From the NCBI GenBank assembly GCA_010692425.1, contig JAAHHJ010000006.1, positions 194,250 to 258,249 of the forward strand: a stretch of 64,000 nt of DNA. The letters are read 5' to 3'. Shown one piece after another: positions 21,731 through 32,767 of this stretch. The translations under genes and the position numbers were made by a program. The notes below the pieces were generated by a model. That model searched no databases. It had not been told where the DNA came from and worked only from the letters and a program-made list of their open reading frames with translations. The number at the start of each line of letters is the position of its first letter. The stretch's first letter is position 1. Source of the DNA: Symploca sp. SIO3C6. Lineage in GTDB: Bacteria > Cyanobacteriota > Cyanobacteriia > Cyanobacteriales > Coleofasciculaceae.

Positions 21731-22669
21731 ATGAAAAGTGAACCCCTCGTCAGTTTTGGCTTACCGGTTTATAATGCTAGAGAGGAATATCTACGTCAAC
21801 TTCTTAATTCCTTGTTAACGCAGGATCTTCAAGAATTTGAGATAGTTATCAGTGACAATGCTTCTGATAATGGAACCTCAGAAATTTGTCAGGAGTACGC
21901 AGGTTGTGACTCACGAGTTCGATACCACCGTAACCAAGAAAATATCGGTCAAATTAATAATTTCAACAAAGTTCTAGAGCTCTCGTGCGGTAAATATTTT
22001 CGTTGGATTGGGGCTGATGATTGGCTCGAGTCAGATTATGCTAGGCGATGTGTGGAGGTTCTCGAAGCTAACGAACAATTCATCGGTGTGAGTACTTACC
22101 AAGACTTTACTCATGAAGATGGTTATATTCACTACCGAGAATACGAGGGAGAGCGTCTGGACTCACCCATGCTTCACAAAAGAATTTGGCGTCTTTTGTG
22201 GTTTTGGAAGACTGGTGAATACGGCGTGATTGATACTATTTACACTATTATGCGTCGGGAAGTACTTTTGCAAACCCGTAAACTACAGTTTTTGCCATCA
22301 ATGGATCAGGTGCTAGCATTTAAATTGGTTTCATTGGGTAGATTTACCCATATACCAGCTTGCCTTGCCCATCGCCGGTGGCAACCTTTCCACAAAATTT
22401 CTAAGGAAGACCTCTACCAACGTTATGGGGGTGAACACTACAAAAAACTGTTCGATCCACTTGGCTTACGTAGATCTGCCATCTGCTGGTCAATCATTAG
22501 GGAAGGATCATTCAGTAATTGCCAGAAGAGTTTATGTCTACTAGCTATTCTAAGCTTGACGATGACCACTCTTCGGAAAAAGATTTACTCCAATTTTCGT
22601 TCTACAGCAAGTCGGGTGCGTCGATCTATCTTCAAGAAGAACATAAATAGTGGGCTACAAACAAACTAG
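21731..22669 (+). CDS. Family 2 glycosyltransferase
   Basis: 312 aa. N-terminal GT-A fold motifs (SFGLPVYNAREEYL, VISDNASDNGT, DxD-like ADDW). Preceded by a very AT-rich 580-bp region. Confidence 0.7.
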   Translation: MKSEPLVSFGLPVYNAREEYLRQLLNSLLTQDLQEFEIVISDNASDNGTSEICQEYAGCDSRVRYHRNQENIGQINNFNKVLELSCGKYFRWIGADDWLESDYARRCVEVLEANEQFIGVSTYQDFTHEDGYIHYREYEGERLDSPMLHKRIWRLLWFWKTGEYGVIDTIYTIMRREVLLQTRKLQFLPSMDQVLAFKLVSLGRFTHIPACLAHRRWQPFHKISKEDLYQRYGGEHYKKLFDPLGLRRSAICWSIIREGSFSNCQKSLCLLAILSLTMTTLRKKIYSNFRSTASRVRRSIFKKNINSGLQTN

Positions 22670-22793
22670 TGTCTTAAGGTGAGCAACAGAGATTAGCTCG
22701 CCTCATGCTTGATGCTAACTAGGTTTGAGAATGCCAAAACCAACGCTACTATTCTCCTTCAAAGAGGCTGCACTCCCAAAAACTTCACCTTTA

Positions 22794-23222
22794 CTAGCTT
22801 CGCTCCAAGAAATCCAGTAAAATCTTTTGGTGAGGAAGTCCTAAAGGTCTCTTATCACCTGCTTTTTCTGAGTAACATCTGCCTGCCCTAATTTGCTCTG
22901 GTTTCAATAAACTCAAATCCCAACCTTCCTTAAGTACTAGTTGATCTAGTTCTACCGTCAGGGGAGCATGGTAAACATGGCGAATTACTCCTGAATCTCG
23001 ATAGCAGCCAAATTCAGACAGCGAATGGGGAGTATAGCTAATTTCTTCAAGTAATTCTCGCTTGATTGCTTCTAATGAAGTTTCACCAACTTCTATATGT
23101 CCACCAAAAAGACCCCAACAACCAGGATAAAGAATTCCAGGTATGTTGTCTCGCAGCTGCATAAGAAATCGATCTGAGGAATAGAGGATAGCGATTGCCA
23201 CTTCAACTGGTTGATTTTTCAT
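22794..23222 (-). CDS. NUDIX hydrolase
   Basis: 142 aa. Nudix box GGHIEVGETSLEAIKRELLEEISY (GX5EX7REUXEEXGU). Confidence 0.75.
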   Translation of the reverse strand: MKNQPVEVAIAILYSSDRFLMQLRDNIPGILYPGCWGLFGGHIEVGETSLEAIKRELLEEISYTPHSLSEFGCYRDSGVIRHVYHAPLTVELDQLVLKEGWDLSLLKPEQIRAGRCYSEKAGDKRPLGLPHQKILLDFLERS

Positions 23223-23629
23223 TAAGGCTCTGTTGGTTTGGTCTTTTGTTCAAGTCTCTGCTGCTCTTGTATATAGACTTCGCCAAAATCTTGTCCGCCG
23301 AGGGGAATGCTTTGGAACTTTAGCTGACCCTGGATCAAGATTTCTTCATCAATTTCAGGAAGAGTGTGATTAGTGATCACCCATATAGAGCCTGTGGGAT
23401 CTTGAAGTTCATAAGCGCCAGCTGCCAAAAATGGTGCTTGCTTGGCAACTTGACCTTCGAGGTAAATTATACCCTCAGCCTTTTGATTTTCTTGGATCTC
23501 GCTGATAGTGGTGACCTTGACAGAAAGTTCACCGATCTTGATGCCACCCATACCAAGCAGGTTGGAGTCAGCACAACCAAACAAAACTCCCCCAAATAGT
23601 AAAAAGCAATAAGGTAAAAGTTCAAGCAT
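23222..23629 (-). CDS. Putative lipoprotein (OB-fold-like). The six-frame ORF extends to 23821, but the likely start is the Met at 23629.
   Basis: Signal peptide with a lipobox-like LLFGGVLFGC. The stop overlaps the Nudix start as TAATG. Confidence 0.45.
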   Translation of the reverse strand: MLELLPYCFLLFGGVLFGCADSNLLGMGGIKIGELSVKVTTISEIQENQKAEGIIYLEGQVAKQAPFLAAGAYELQDPTGSIWVITNHTLPEIDEEILIQGQLKFQSIPLGGQDFGEVYIQEQQRLEQKTKPTEP

Positions 23630-23959
23630 CTTTTGCCTTTGCTTTCTAGTTTTTAAGCCCTTAGTGCGCCAAGGGTTGGAACTTTTCACTACAGTTGTCT
23701 GAACAATTGTGCAGGAACCGAAAGTGGCGAGGAGACTCAGTAGATGATTATTTCCACGCTCGGGTTTGTCTTTTGCCTCTTTAGATGGCTTCACCTGAAT
23801 TTTTAAGGGCATTATTACCATAGTTTTAAATTTATACGTGGCTTTTTTATTTAATGTTTTCTTCCTCGATGAGCAAAATCTAGGAAACTATTATGGTTTA
23901 TACCCTGGCTACTTTCATTAGCAGATACTAAGGAAATAAATCATATACCCATATATATT

Positions 23960-24838
23960 GTGATGGACTCGACCCACGCCCAGTTACTAGATGGTAAAGC
24001 TCTTGCTCAGAAAATTCGCCTGAAACTGCAAGCACAGGTTCAGCAGCAGATATCAACAATTAAAAGACCTCCAGGATTAGCTGTGTTGATGGTAGGTGAC
24101 AATCAGGCTAGTGCCGTCTATGTGCGTAATAAAGAGCGTGCCTGTAGTAAAGTGGGCATTACCTCTTTTGGTCGTCATTTCCCCACTAATACCTCCCAAG
24201 CAGAACTTGAGCAAACGATTGACGCCTTAAATCAAGATCAACGGGTCGATGGAATTCTTATCCAGCTACCCTTACCTGAACACTTAGACGCTGTTTCCTT
24301 ACTCAAACAAATCGATCCGGACAAAGATGTCGATGGTTTGCATCCAGTTAACATGGGGCGTCTAATTCGGGGCGAACCTGGTTTGCGCAGCTGCACACCA
24401 GCAGGAGTGATGCGCCTGTTACAGGAGTACTCGATTGACTTGCAAGGCAAACAGGCAGTGGTTATAGGACGCAGTATCTTAGTGGGTAAGCCATTAGCAC
24501 TAATGCTCTTAGAAGCTAATGCGACAGTAACGATTGCTCATTCGCGATCGCAATTCCTCGAAGACATTACCCGTCGCGCTGATATTCTAATTGCAGCAGT
24601 GGGACGCCCCCAACTAATTAAAGCTAACATGGTCAAGCCCCAAGCGGTAGTGATTGATGTTGGCATCAATCGCATTAGCGATCAACAAGGTCAATCGCGC
24701 CTAGTGGGGGACGTCGACTTTGAATCTGTTCGAGAAATCGCACAATATATTACTCCTGTTCCCGGCGGTATTGGACCAATGACTGTAGCGATGTTATTGC
24801 ACAATACATTACTTAGCTATACCAAATTCCATTCTTGA
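23960..24838 (+). CDS. folD: Bifunctional methylenetetrahydrofolate dehydrogenase / methenyl-THF cyclohydrolase
   Basis: 292 aa. FolD motifs: [61 protein letters not shown]. Confidence 0.9.
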   Translation: MMDSTHAQLLDGKALAQKIRLKLQAQVQQQISTIKRPPGLAVLMVGDNQASAVYVRNKERACSKVGITSFGRHFPTNTSQAELEQTIDALNQDQRVDGILIQLPLPEHLDAVSLLKQIDPDKDVDGLHPVNMGRLIRGEPGLRSCTPAGVMRLLQEYSIDLQGKQAVVIGRSILVGKPLALMLLEANATVTIAHSRSQFLEDITRRADILIAAVGRPQLIKANMVKPQAVVIDVGINRISDQQGQSRLVGDVDFESVREIAQYITPVPGGIGPMTVAMLLHNTLLSYTKFHS

Positions 24839-25018
24839 GGTCTTCCCCCCCCTAAAGCTTGTCTGGCATTAGCTAAGCTCTTGTCTAGTCAGCACGAACT
24901 TTTGTGCTGTTTTTTAAGGGAGGGGGTTAAGTGTTCCCCCAAAGCCCAGGTTTTGATAAAGACCCTCAAACCCGTAGAATTATTTAAAACAGTGACCAAA
25001 AAATATATGAGTGAAGGC

Positions 25019-25945
25019 ATGGTAGCGACGGATGGGCGACCTGCCCCCAAACAGGAATCGGCGACTTTTGACTTATCAGCGTACCTGAAACAACGGAAGG
25101 CTCAAATGGATGCGGCTCTAGATAGTTCCGTACCACTTGCCTATCCCGACAAGATTTACGAGGCGATGCGCTACTCCCTCTTGGCGGGAGGTAAGCGCCT
25201 ACGTCCAATTCTTTGCCTTGCCAGCTGTGAGTTGACTGGCGGCACGGTAGAGATGGCACTGCCAACTGCCTGCGCCCTGGAAATGATCCATACCATGTCA
25301 TTAATTCATGATGACCTACCGGCAATGGATAATGATGACTATCGCCGGGGTAAACTTACAAACCATAAGGTCTACGGTGAAGACATCGCGATTTTGGCAG
25401 GAGATGGCTTACTGGCATATGCCTTTGAGTACATTGCAGCTCATACCAAGGATGTCCCCGCTTCACAAGTTTTGCAGGTAATTGCTCAGTTAGGGCGGGC
25501 AGTAGGGGCTTCAGGATTAGTAGGAGGTCAAGTAGTTGACCTGGAATCAGAAGGAAAATCTATAGATGAAGCGACCCTTACCTATATTCACACTCATAAA
25601 ACCGGAGCCTTGCTAGAGTGCTGTGTGGTTTGTGGAGCAATTTTGGGAGGAGCAGCGGAGACTGAGCAAGAAAGACTGTCTCGTTACGCTAAAAATATCG
25701 GTTTAGCGTTCCAAATCATCGATGATATCTTAGATATCACCGCTACTCAAGAGGAGTTGGGGAAAACAGCAGGTAAAGACCTCAAAGCCCAAAAGGCGAC
25801 TTATCCCAGGCTCTGGGGACTCGAAGCCTCAAAAACTCAAGCCCAGAAGTTGGTGGAGCAAGCAAAAGCCGAGTTGGAGCCATTTGGCGATCAGGCTATA
25901 CCATTGCTGACAATAGCTGACTTTTTTGTTAAACGGACTTATTAA
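25019..25945 (+). CDS. crtE: Geranylgeranyl diphosphate synthase (polyprenyl synthetase). The start was chosen at MVATD; the ORF is open from 24881.
   Basis: First and second Asp-rich motifs [15 protein letters not shown] and IIDDILD. Confidence 0.8.
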   Translation: MVATDGRPAPKQESATFDLSAYLKQRKAQMDAALDSSVPLAYPDKIYEAMRYSLLAGGKRLRPILCLASCELTGGTVEMALPTACALEMIHTMSLIHDDLPAMDNDDYRRGKLTNHKVYGEDIAILAGDGLLAYAFEYIAAHTKDVPASQVLQVIAQLGRAVGASGLVGGQVVDLESEGKSIDEATLTYIHTHKTGALLECCVVCGAILGGAAETEQERLSRYAKNIGLAFQIIDDILDITATQEELGKTAGKDLKAQKATYPRLWGLEASKTQAQKLVEQAKAELEPFGDQAIPLLTIADFFVKRTY

Positions 25946-25985
25946 AACCATCAATAGCAATATTTTTAATTGCGAGTAAAACAGT

Positions 25986-26441
25986 ATGCAGGAATTTGGC
26001 GACATTCTAGACAACCACGTGCTGCTAGTCGCACTTTTTGCTTGTCTTATTGCCCAACTATCCAAGCTCCTTGTGGAAGTCACGAAACATCGTAAATTTA
26101 ATCTACGCATGCTGACCAACTCCGGCGGTATGCCTAGTTCCCACTCAGCATTGGTTACAGCGTTAGCCATGGGCGTGGGACAAACTGTGGGATGGGCAAC
26201 TCCAGAGTTTGCGATCGCTGTGGTTTTTGCTGTAATTGTCATGTATGATGCTGCTGGTGTTCGTCAAGCTGCCGGTAAACAAGCTCGGATTATTAACCAA
26301 ATCATTGATGAAATTTTTGTTGAAGGCAAGGAGTTCAACGAAGACCGCCTCAAGGAACTACTTGGGCATACACCTTTTCAGGTTGTTGTCGGGTTAGGAC
26401 TGGGTATTGCTGTTTCTTGTTTAGCGGCAAACGCTTATTAA
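25986..26441 (+). CDS. DUF212 / divergent PAP2 (acid phosphatase/vanadium haloperoxidase-related) membrane protein
   Basis: 151 aa. GGMPSSHSALVTALAMGVG motif and 3-4 TM helices. Confidence 0.6.
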   Translation: MQEFGDILDNHVLLVALFACLIAQLSKLLVEVTKHRKFNLRMLTNSGGMPSSHSALVTALAMGVGQTVGWATPEFAIAVVFAVIVMYDAAGVRQAAGKQARIINQIIDEIFVEGKEFNEDRLKELLGHTPFQVVVGLGLGIAVSCLAANAY

Positions 26442-26755
26442 AAATCTTCTAACATCCATTCAGAAGCACGCTCACCTAAATCAAGGGGAATGCTGACAGC
26501 TTTGCCAAGTCTTGGACGTTGGCGAGTTTCCTGGATATAATCTTGCACCAGCCTCGCTCCTCCCCAAGCATGGAGATAGCTGGCAACTGTATTAAGATGT
26601 TCCAGATACTCGGCTTCCGAGAGGGGAAAAGATGCTTGCTCTAAGTATTTCCACATTACCTGAACGAAGATTTTGCCTCGAGTACGTCGTATCTGTATGT
26701 CGTAGGAGCGCCCCCACTTGTTGAGCAGGAGTTGGTGCAAGTCCTGTCCTGTCAT
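26438..26755 (-). CDS. Conserved cyanobacterial/plastid-type hypothetical protein (DUF3067-like)
   Basis: 105 aa. MTGQDLHQLLLNKWGRSYDIQIRR... Convergent with the DUF212 gene, with a 4-nt overlap. Confidence 0.5.
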   Translation of the reverse strand: MTGQDLHQLLLNKWGRSYDIQIRRTRGKIFVQVMWKYLEQASFPLSEAEYLEHLNTVASYLHAWGGARLVQDYIQETRQRPRLGKAVSIPLDLGERASEWMLEDF

Positions 26756-26997
26756 TGCCTTGTTGATCCATCAGTTGTGTTTACATTTCGTTATAAATCC
26801 GAGACTTCTTTACTTTATGATACGGTGTAAAAAAATGTAATAATACTTATATCTCAAACCGCAAATCCCTTTGAATCAAAGGATTGTGGCAACCTTGCTC
26901 AGTTGTTGATAACTCTACATTAAAAGGGCAGGGTCAAGAAAGTTCTGGTAATCTTTCCAGAGTTGTTTAAGAAAAATATACCCTTAGGCGTTCAGTC

Positions 26998-27540
26998 ATG
27001 GCTCAAGCTTCTGGCTCTGCAGACGTTCCCGATATGGGGCGTCGTCAATTTATGAACCTATTGACCTTTGGTGCGATAACCGGCACCTTTGTAGGAGCAC
27101 TCTATCCAGTTGTCAAGTACTTTATTCCACCTTCTGCTGGTGGTAAGGGCGGTGGTGTCACTGCCAAAGACGCTTTGGGTAATGACATCATTGTCAGTCA
27201 ATATTTAGAAACTCATCTTCCAGGCGATCGTAGTCTCGCCCAAGGACTCAAAGGGGACCCTACCTACGTTGTGGTAACAGAGGAGCAAACCATTGAAAGC
27301 TATGGTTTAAACGCCGTCTGCACCCACCTCGGATGTGTGGTTCCCTGGAATGCCAGTGCCAACAGGTTCATTTGTCCCTGTCATGGTTCTCAGTACAACA
27401 ATGCTGGTAAAGTAGTGCGTGGTCCAGCACCTCTGTCTTTGGCATTGGTACACGCCACAGTTACCGAAGACGACAAGCTTGCCTTTACAAATTGGACAGA
27501 AACCGACTTCCGCACAGGTGAAGAACCCTGGTGGAGTTAA
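26998..27540 (+). CDS. petC: Cytochrome b6-f complex Rieske iron-sulfur subunit
   Basis: 180 aa. Rieske boxes CTHLGCV and CPCHGSQY, twin-arginine-like RRQFM. Confidence 0.9.
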   Translation: MAQASGSADVPDMGRRQFMNLLTFGAITGTFVGALYPVVKYFIPPSAGGKGGGVTAKDALGNDIIVSQYLETHLPGDRSLAQGLKGDPTYVVVTEEQTIESYGLNAVCTHLGCVVPWNASANRFICPCHGSQYNNAGKVVRGPAPLSLALVHATVTEDDKLAFTNWTETDFRTGEEPWWS

Positions 27541-27607
27541 ATTTCATGATCTAGTGTCCTTTGTCTAGTTTTCTGATTACCAAAGACAAATGACTAAATT
27601 TTAAGTT

Positions 27608-28618
27608 TTGAGTTTTTTTGCTTACAAGATGAGAACACCTTCTTTATCGGTGATTGGTAATAGCAGCAAGCGTATACTCGTTAGAACTGCTGTACTGGCC
27701 CTAGCAGTTGTTGCATTTTTCTTCGCCAGTGATATTGCACTTCCCCAATCAGCTGCAGCCTATCCCTTCTGGGCGCAGCAAACAGCCCCGGAAACTCCCC
27801 GTGAAGCGACAGGGCGGATTGTTTGCGCCAACTGTCACCTTGCCGCCAAACCAGCAGAGGTAGAAGTTCCCCAGTCTGTAAAACCGGATACGGTTTTTAA
27901 GGCAATGGTGAATATTCCCTACGATTTAGACACACAACAAGTCTTGGGTGATGGCTCCAAGGGTGGCTTGAATGTAGGCGCAGTGCTAATGTTGCCCGAA
28001 GGCTTCAAAATTGCCCCTCCTGACAGAATTCCCGAGGAATGGCAAGAAGAAGTGGGGGATCTTTACTTCCAAGCCTATAGAGAAGACCAAGAAAACGTTG
28101 TTATTGTTGGTCCCTTACCAGGTGAACAGTACCAAGAAATTGTTTTCCCTGTGCTTTCACCTAACCCGAAAACAGATAAGGGAATCAATTTTGGTAAATA
28201 TCCAATTCATCTAGGTGCTAACCGGGGACGCGGTCAAGTATACCCCGCAGGCAACAAGAGTAACAACACTGTCTACAATGCTTCTAAAGCTGGTAAAATT
28301 GCCGACATTGCTAAGCCAGAGTACGGTGGTTATGAAGTAACCATTGAAACAGCAGATGGCGAGAGTGTAGTTGATTCAATTCCGGCTGGACCTGAGTTAA
28401 TTGTCTCCCAGGGGCAGGAAGTGGCAGCAGGGGAAGCCTTGACCAATGACCCGAATGTGGGTGGATTTGGTCAGAAAGATGTAGAAATTGTCTTGCAAGA
28501 CCCTGCTAGAGTTGCATGGTTACTGGTTTTCATCGGTGCGATTATGCTTTCTCAATTGATGCTGGTACTTAAGAAGAAGCAGATTGAGAAAGTTCAGGCA
28601 GCTGAAATGAATTTTTAA
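27608..28618 (+). CDS. petA: Apocytochrome f
   Basis: 336 aa. Signal peptide; mature N-terminus YPFWAQQ; heme site CANCHLA; C-terminal TM anchor. petC-petA operon order. Confidence 0.9.
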   Translation: MSFFAYKMRTPSLSVIGNSSKRILVRTAVLALAVVAFFFASDIALPQSAAAYPFWAQQTAPETPREATGRIVCANCHLAAKPAEVEVPQSVKPDTVFKAMVNIPYDLDTQQVLGDGSKGGLNVGAVLMLPEGFKIAPPDRIPEEWQEEVGDLYFQAYREDQENVVIVGPLPGEQYQEIVFPVLSPNPKTDKGINFGKYPIHLGANRGRGQVYPAGNKSNNTVYNASKAGKIADIAKPEYGGYEVTIETADGESVVDSIPAGPELIVSQGQEVAAGEALTNDPNVGGFGQKDVEIVLQDPARVAWLLVFIGAIMLSQLMLVLKKKQIEKVQAAEMNF

Positions 28619-28655
28619 GTTTGATTTCAGGCGTTCATAGAAGAATAATTTGATT

Positions 28656-28688
28656 AGGGATAGGCTAACCACCTATCCCTATTTTTGC
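28656..28688 (+). terminator. Intrinsic terminator after petA
   Basis: AGGGATAGG-ctaaccac-CTATCCCT followed by ATTTTTG. Confidence 0.5.
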
Positions 28689-28936
28689 AAATCTCAACTC
28701 CTCAACGCCAAAACTTTTGCTAGATTAGTGGGATGGTTACTGAAACAGAACTTACGCAAAGATAATCGTGGGCACAATGCCCGTACTACAGGTAAATTTG
28801 GTTTTAATCATTAACTCTACCTGTAGTGCTAGCATCCCGTTAGCATTCCAAAATACGTAAGTTCTATGAGAACTATCATTATGCGCCCCCATCAAAGGCA
28901 TTGCTCCTCAACAGAGCATCCCTGCGTCTTTAAATC

Positions 28937-29560
28937 ATGCTGACTATATACCGTTTCTGTCTGCTATTTGGTGGCATCTTCGTTGCACTCTCTGCCTTAG
29001 CAGGGCTTGACGGCGTAGATTTTGATCATCACTTTGACGCCGATATCGAGATTACAGATAACTCTGCTCTTACTCAAACAGGTGAAGCCTTACCCTCCAG
29101 AAGACGGTTGCGACGCCATTGGTTAGGGCTACCAGTCTTCAGTTTCAAATTCTGGAGTTTTGGCAGTTGCTTCTTCGGACTAACGGGCATAATGCTATCG
29201 ATGCTTCGACCTACTATGCCCCAGTTTATTGTAGCAACGATCTCAGTTGCCGTCGGGAGCTTTCTTGGTACGGCAATAGTGAGGGTGCTACGCAGCTTGC
29301 AGCAAAATCAAGCTGATAGCCTTGTTCGTCCCTCGGATGTGGTTGGCTTGTCGGGTATAGTTGAAATACCTTTTGATTCAATGACTAAAGGCAAAGTGCG
29401 CGTTAAAGTTAGGGGGTCAATGGTTGATTTTGTTGCCTTCACGACCAATTGCCAAAGTTTCCTTCAGGGAGAAAAGGTATTTATTGTGGAAATGAAGGGC
29501 AATAAAGTGTGGGTTATGCCTGAAGATTCCCTGTCCAATTACCAAGGCAAGAATCATTAA
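28937..29560 (+). CDS. NfeD-like / YqiJ-YuaF-like membrane protein (three TM helices plus a C-terminal OB-fold)
   Basis: 207 aa. TM helices followed by a beta-rich C-terminus (VVGLSGIVEIPFDSMTKGKVRVKVRGSMVDFVAF...KVFIVEMKGNKVWV). It sits immediately upstream of the flotillin genes, as in yuaF-floT and yqiJ-yqiK. Confidence 0.65.
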   Translation: MLTIYRFCLLFGGIFVALSALAGLDGVDFDHHFDADIEITDNSALTQTGEALPSRRRLRRHWLGLPVFSFKFWSFGSCFFGLTGIMLSMLRPTMPQFIVATISVAVGSFLGTAIVRVLRSLQQNQADSLVRPSDVVGLSGIVEIPFDSMTKGKVRVKVRGSMVDFVAFTTNCQSFLQGEKVFIVEMKGNKVWVMPEDSLSNYQGKNH

Positions 29561-29703
29561 AATAGAGGAGGAGAATCGCTACCCTCCCAATCACAAATAT
29601 CAAGTCAAAAGTCAAAATTGAATTATTGTTACTTTTGAGTTAGGAACTCATTGGCTCAAGATATTGAGGAGAAGATAGGGGATATGGGTAGGAAGATAAT
29701 TGC

Positions 29704-31125
29704 TTGCCTAGTGTTGTTAGTAATATTTTTATAAACCTAAATAAAATGGAATTTACCTCAAAATTTCAACCCTCATTGGCAGAAGAAACAGCAGTAGTAC
29801 AGCTGGCGCAGGTAACTCCAAACCCTCCTGTATCTGTGGAGAGAAATAACTTTCAAGGACAACTGTTTACGGCTTTACCCATCGCCTTATCCCTATTTGG
29901 AGTCATCGTTTTAATCTGGTTTCTCAATACCTTCATGCGTATTTGTAAACCCAATGAAGTCCTAATTTTGTCGGGGCGCAAGCACCGCACTAAGGATGGG
30001 CAAGAATTGGGCTACAGGGTAATCTTTGGCGGCAGAACCATCTGTATTCCCATCCTCGAACAAATCAAACAGATGGATTTAACAACTATGCCGGTGCCGG
30101 TGGAGGTACACAATGCCTATGCCAAGGGAGGAACACCACTCAATATCCAAGCGATCGCCAATGTTAAAATCTCCAGTGATCCTTCAATTGTAGGCAATGC
30201 AATTGAACGCTTTCTGGATCATGACCGTTCGGAAATTACCCGCGTGGCAAGGGAAACCCTAGAAGGTAATTTGCGGGGTGTGGTTGCTAATCTTACCCCA
30301 GAGGAACTCAATGAGGATCGCCTCAGTTTCGCTGAGCGCATTGCTCAAGATGTATCTCGCGATTTAGCTAAGCTTGGTCTTCAACTTGATACTCTCAAAA
30401 TTCAGAGCGTCTCTGATGATGTGGACTATCTTAGTTCTATTGGTCGTCGCCAAATTGCTTTAATTGCCAGAGACGCTGAGATTGCTGAGTCCAATGCTGT
30501 AGGGGAAGCTGAGCGTATAGAGGCTGATTGCCAACGGCAGGCAGAAGTTGCTAAAACTGAGGCTCTGACTATCATCCAGCAAAAAGAAAACGAACTACGC
30601 AAAGTCAAGGCTCAATTGGAACAGCAGGCTCGCTCGGAAGAGGAGCGCACTACTGCTGCTGCCAAAGAGGCTAGAGCTAGAGCTGAGCAGCAATTACAGG
30701 TGATTCGTGCTGAATTAGAGCGCCTGCGGTTAGAGGCGGATGAAGTGTTGCCAGCAGAAGCCCAACGACAGGCAAAAGAGCTGCAAGCGAAGGGAGAAGC
30801 TTCAGAATTGGCAGAGAATGCCAAGGCAGCAGCCTTAGTTAACGATATGCTCTCCAAAGTCTGGCAGGAAAGTGGTACTGATGCCTCGAAGGTATTCTTA
30901 ATTCAGCAAATTGAGACTCTACTACTAGAGGCTTCTAGAGTTCCCAGTCAACTCAAGTTGGAGAAGGTTAATGTTGTCGATAATGGTGATGGTAAATCTC
31001 TAGCTAGTTTGGTTAAAGTTTATCCAGAAATTGTTTCCCAGTTCCTAGAACAGGTAGATCAAACTCTTGGTATTGATATGACAGGAACACTAAGTCGTCA
31101 AGAGCATAACCAAGGAAGTAAATGA
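29704..31125 (+). CDS. Flotillin-like SPFH/band-7 protein, paralog A (start possibly at MEFTSKF, 29746)
   Basis: 473 aa. N-terminal TM, SPFH domain (EVLILSGRKH...GGRTICIPILEQ...AYAKGGTPLNIQAIANVKI), then a long A/E/Q/R-rich coiled-coil flotillin region. Confidence 0.8.
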   Translation: MPSVVSNIFINLNKMEFTSKFQPSLAEETAVVQLAQVTPNPPVSVERNNFQGQLFTALPIALSLFGVIVLIWFLNTFMRICKPNEVLILSGRKHRTKDGQELGYRVIFGGRTICIPILEQIKQMDLTTMPVPVEVHNAYAKGGTPLNIQAIANVKISSDPSIVGNAIERFLDHDRSEITRVARETLEGNLRGVVANLTPEELNEDRLSFAERIAQDVSRDLAKLGLQLDTLKIQSVSDDVDYLSSIGRRQIALIARDAEIAESNAVGEAERIEADCQRQAEVAKTEALTIIQQKENELRKVKAQLEQQARSEEERTTAAAKEARARAEQQLQVIRAELERLRLEADEVLPAEAQRQAKELQAKGEASELAENAKAAALVNDMLSKVWQESGTDASKVFLIQQIETLLLEASRVPSQLKLEKVNVVDNGDGKSLASLVKVYPEIVSQFLEQVDQTLGIDMTGTLSRQEHNQGSK

Positions 31126-31234
31126 GGGACTTCCACATAAAAGAGGGGGAGATGGGGAGAGGGGGAGATGGGGAGAATAATTTTTACATCGCTTTTCTAA
31201 GTGAATTGGATAATTTTTTTCTTGGAGTTCCCTA

Positions 31235-32767
31235 ATGGAAGTTATTTTAGCATTGCTTGGAATTCTTGGTCTCGGTACTGGGGCTGGGGTTTTTGTAATT
31301 CGTAACCTTTACTATATTTGTCAGCCCAGTGAGGTGTTAATCTTTGCTGGCTCTCGTCGTTCTAGTTCAGATGGACGGCAGGTGGGATATCGTTTAGTCA
31401 AGGGTGGTAGTAGTATTCGGGTGCCATTATTGGAGCGAACTTTCCGCCTGGATTTGACTAATATGATTATTGAACTGCGGGTATCCAATGCCTATTCTAA
31501 AGGCGGGATTCCCTTGCAAGTTGAAGGGGTGGCTAATATCAAAATTGCTGGCGAAGAACCTACAATCGACAATGCGATTGAGCGTCTACTGGGCAAGAGT
31601 CGCCAGCAGATTGAACAGTTGGCAAAGGAGACTTTGGAGGGGAATTTGCGCGGTGTATTGGCTTCTTTAACGCCGGAACAAGTTAATGAAGATAAGATTG
31701 CTTTTGCTAAAAGCTTGTTAGAAGAAGCCGAGGATGATTTAGAAAAATTGGGTTTAGTACTGGACAATCTTCAAATTCAGAATATTTCTGATGATGTTAG
31801 TTATCTAGATTCAATTGGACGTAAGCAACGGGCAGAATTGCTGCGCGATGCTCGGATGGCAGAAGCCCAAGCCCAGGCAGAATCAGTGATTAGGGCGGCG
31901 GAAAATGAGAGAATTACCGCACTCAGACGCATTGATCGAGATATGGAAATTGCCAAGGCTGAGGCCGAGCGCAGGGTTCAGGATGCCATTACTAAAAGGG
32001 CAGCCATGGTGGCTGAAGTTGAAGCTGAGATTGCCTCGGAAGTGGTAAAAACTCAGGCTGAGGTGGCGGTGCAACAGGAGCGGATTAAGCAAGTAGAGCA
32101 GCAGCTACAGGCGGATGTTGTCGCACCAGCAGAGGCAGATTGTAAGCGGGCAATTTCTAAGGCAAAGGGGAATGCAGCTCAGATTGTGGAAGATGGTAAG
32201 GCGCAGGCAGAGGGAACTCTACGCTTGACTGAATCTTGGAAAGCTGCTGGTGCTTCGGCACGAGAAATTTTCCTCTTTCAAAAGCTGGATATTTTATTGA
32301 AGACATTAGTTGCTTCTGTGCCAGAAATTGAGGTACAGAACGTTACTGTAATTGATGATCAAGGCGGCGGCACTGTTAGTAAGATGGCGTCTTTTTTGGA
32401 ACAACTGCGTCAGACTACTGGTGTGGATGTTGCTGGTACTTTGCAAAATCTAGGTAGGGGGGATGAAGCTAGTAATGGCAGTAAGCAACAACATTTACTT
32501 CCTAGCGAGTCTTTAGAGCCAATTTCTTTAGAACAGTCCCTACGACAAGATGTTAGACCATTTCTTGATAAGCTGGCTCAAAATGAAGAAACTATTAGCC
32601 AAGCTCAACATACTCTCAAGCGCACTATTCAAAAATATCCGAAGCTAAAAAGTCGGTTAAAGAAGGCCTTGGAAGTGGGTGGTCAAGAGCTTTTGAAGGA
32701 GATATTTTATCACCCTGTAATTAAAATTCCGACTAAGATGATTGAGGCTTGGCTTAATGAAGAGTGA
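31235..32767 (+). CDS. Flotillin-like SPFH/band-7 protein, paralog B
   Basis: 510 aa. About 50% identity to paralog A across the SPFH domain (EVLIFAGSRR...AYSKGGIPLQVEGVANIKI), with an EA-rich coiled-coil region. Confidence 0.8.
   Translation: MEVILALLGILGLGTGAGVFVIRNLYYICQPSEVLIFAGSRRSSSDGRQVGYRLVKGGSSIRVPLLERTFRLDLTNMIIELRVSNAYSKGGIPLQVEGVANIKIAGEEPTIDNAIERLLGKSRQQIEQLAKETLEGNLRGVLASLTPEQVNEDKIAFAKSLLEEAEDDLEKLGLVLDNLQIQNISDDVSYLDSIGRKQRAELLRDARMAEAQAQAESVIRAAENERITALRRIDRDMEIAKAEAERRVQDAITKRAAMVAEVEAEIASEVVKTQAEVAVQQERIKQVEQQLQADVVAPAEADCKRAISKAKGNAAQIVEDGKAQAEGTLRLTESWKAAGASAREIFLFQKLDILLKTLVASVPEIEVQNVTVIDDQGGGTVSKMASFLEQLRQTTGVDVAGTLQNLGRGDEASNGSKQQHLLPSESLEPISLEQSLRQDVRPFLDKLAQNEETISQAQHTLKRTIQKYPKLKSRLKKALEVGGQELLKEIFYHPVIKIPTKMIEAWLNEE

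Noticed and set aside
30426-30857. Minus-strand ORFs inside flotillin A
   Set aside because: They are antisense artefacts of the GC-rich, Ala/Glu-codon-rich coiled-coil region.
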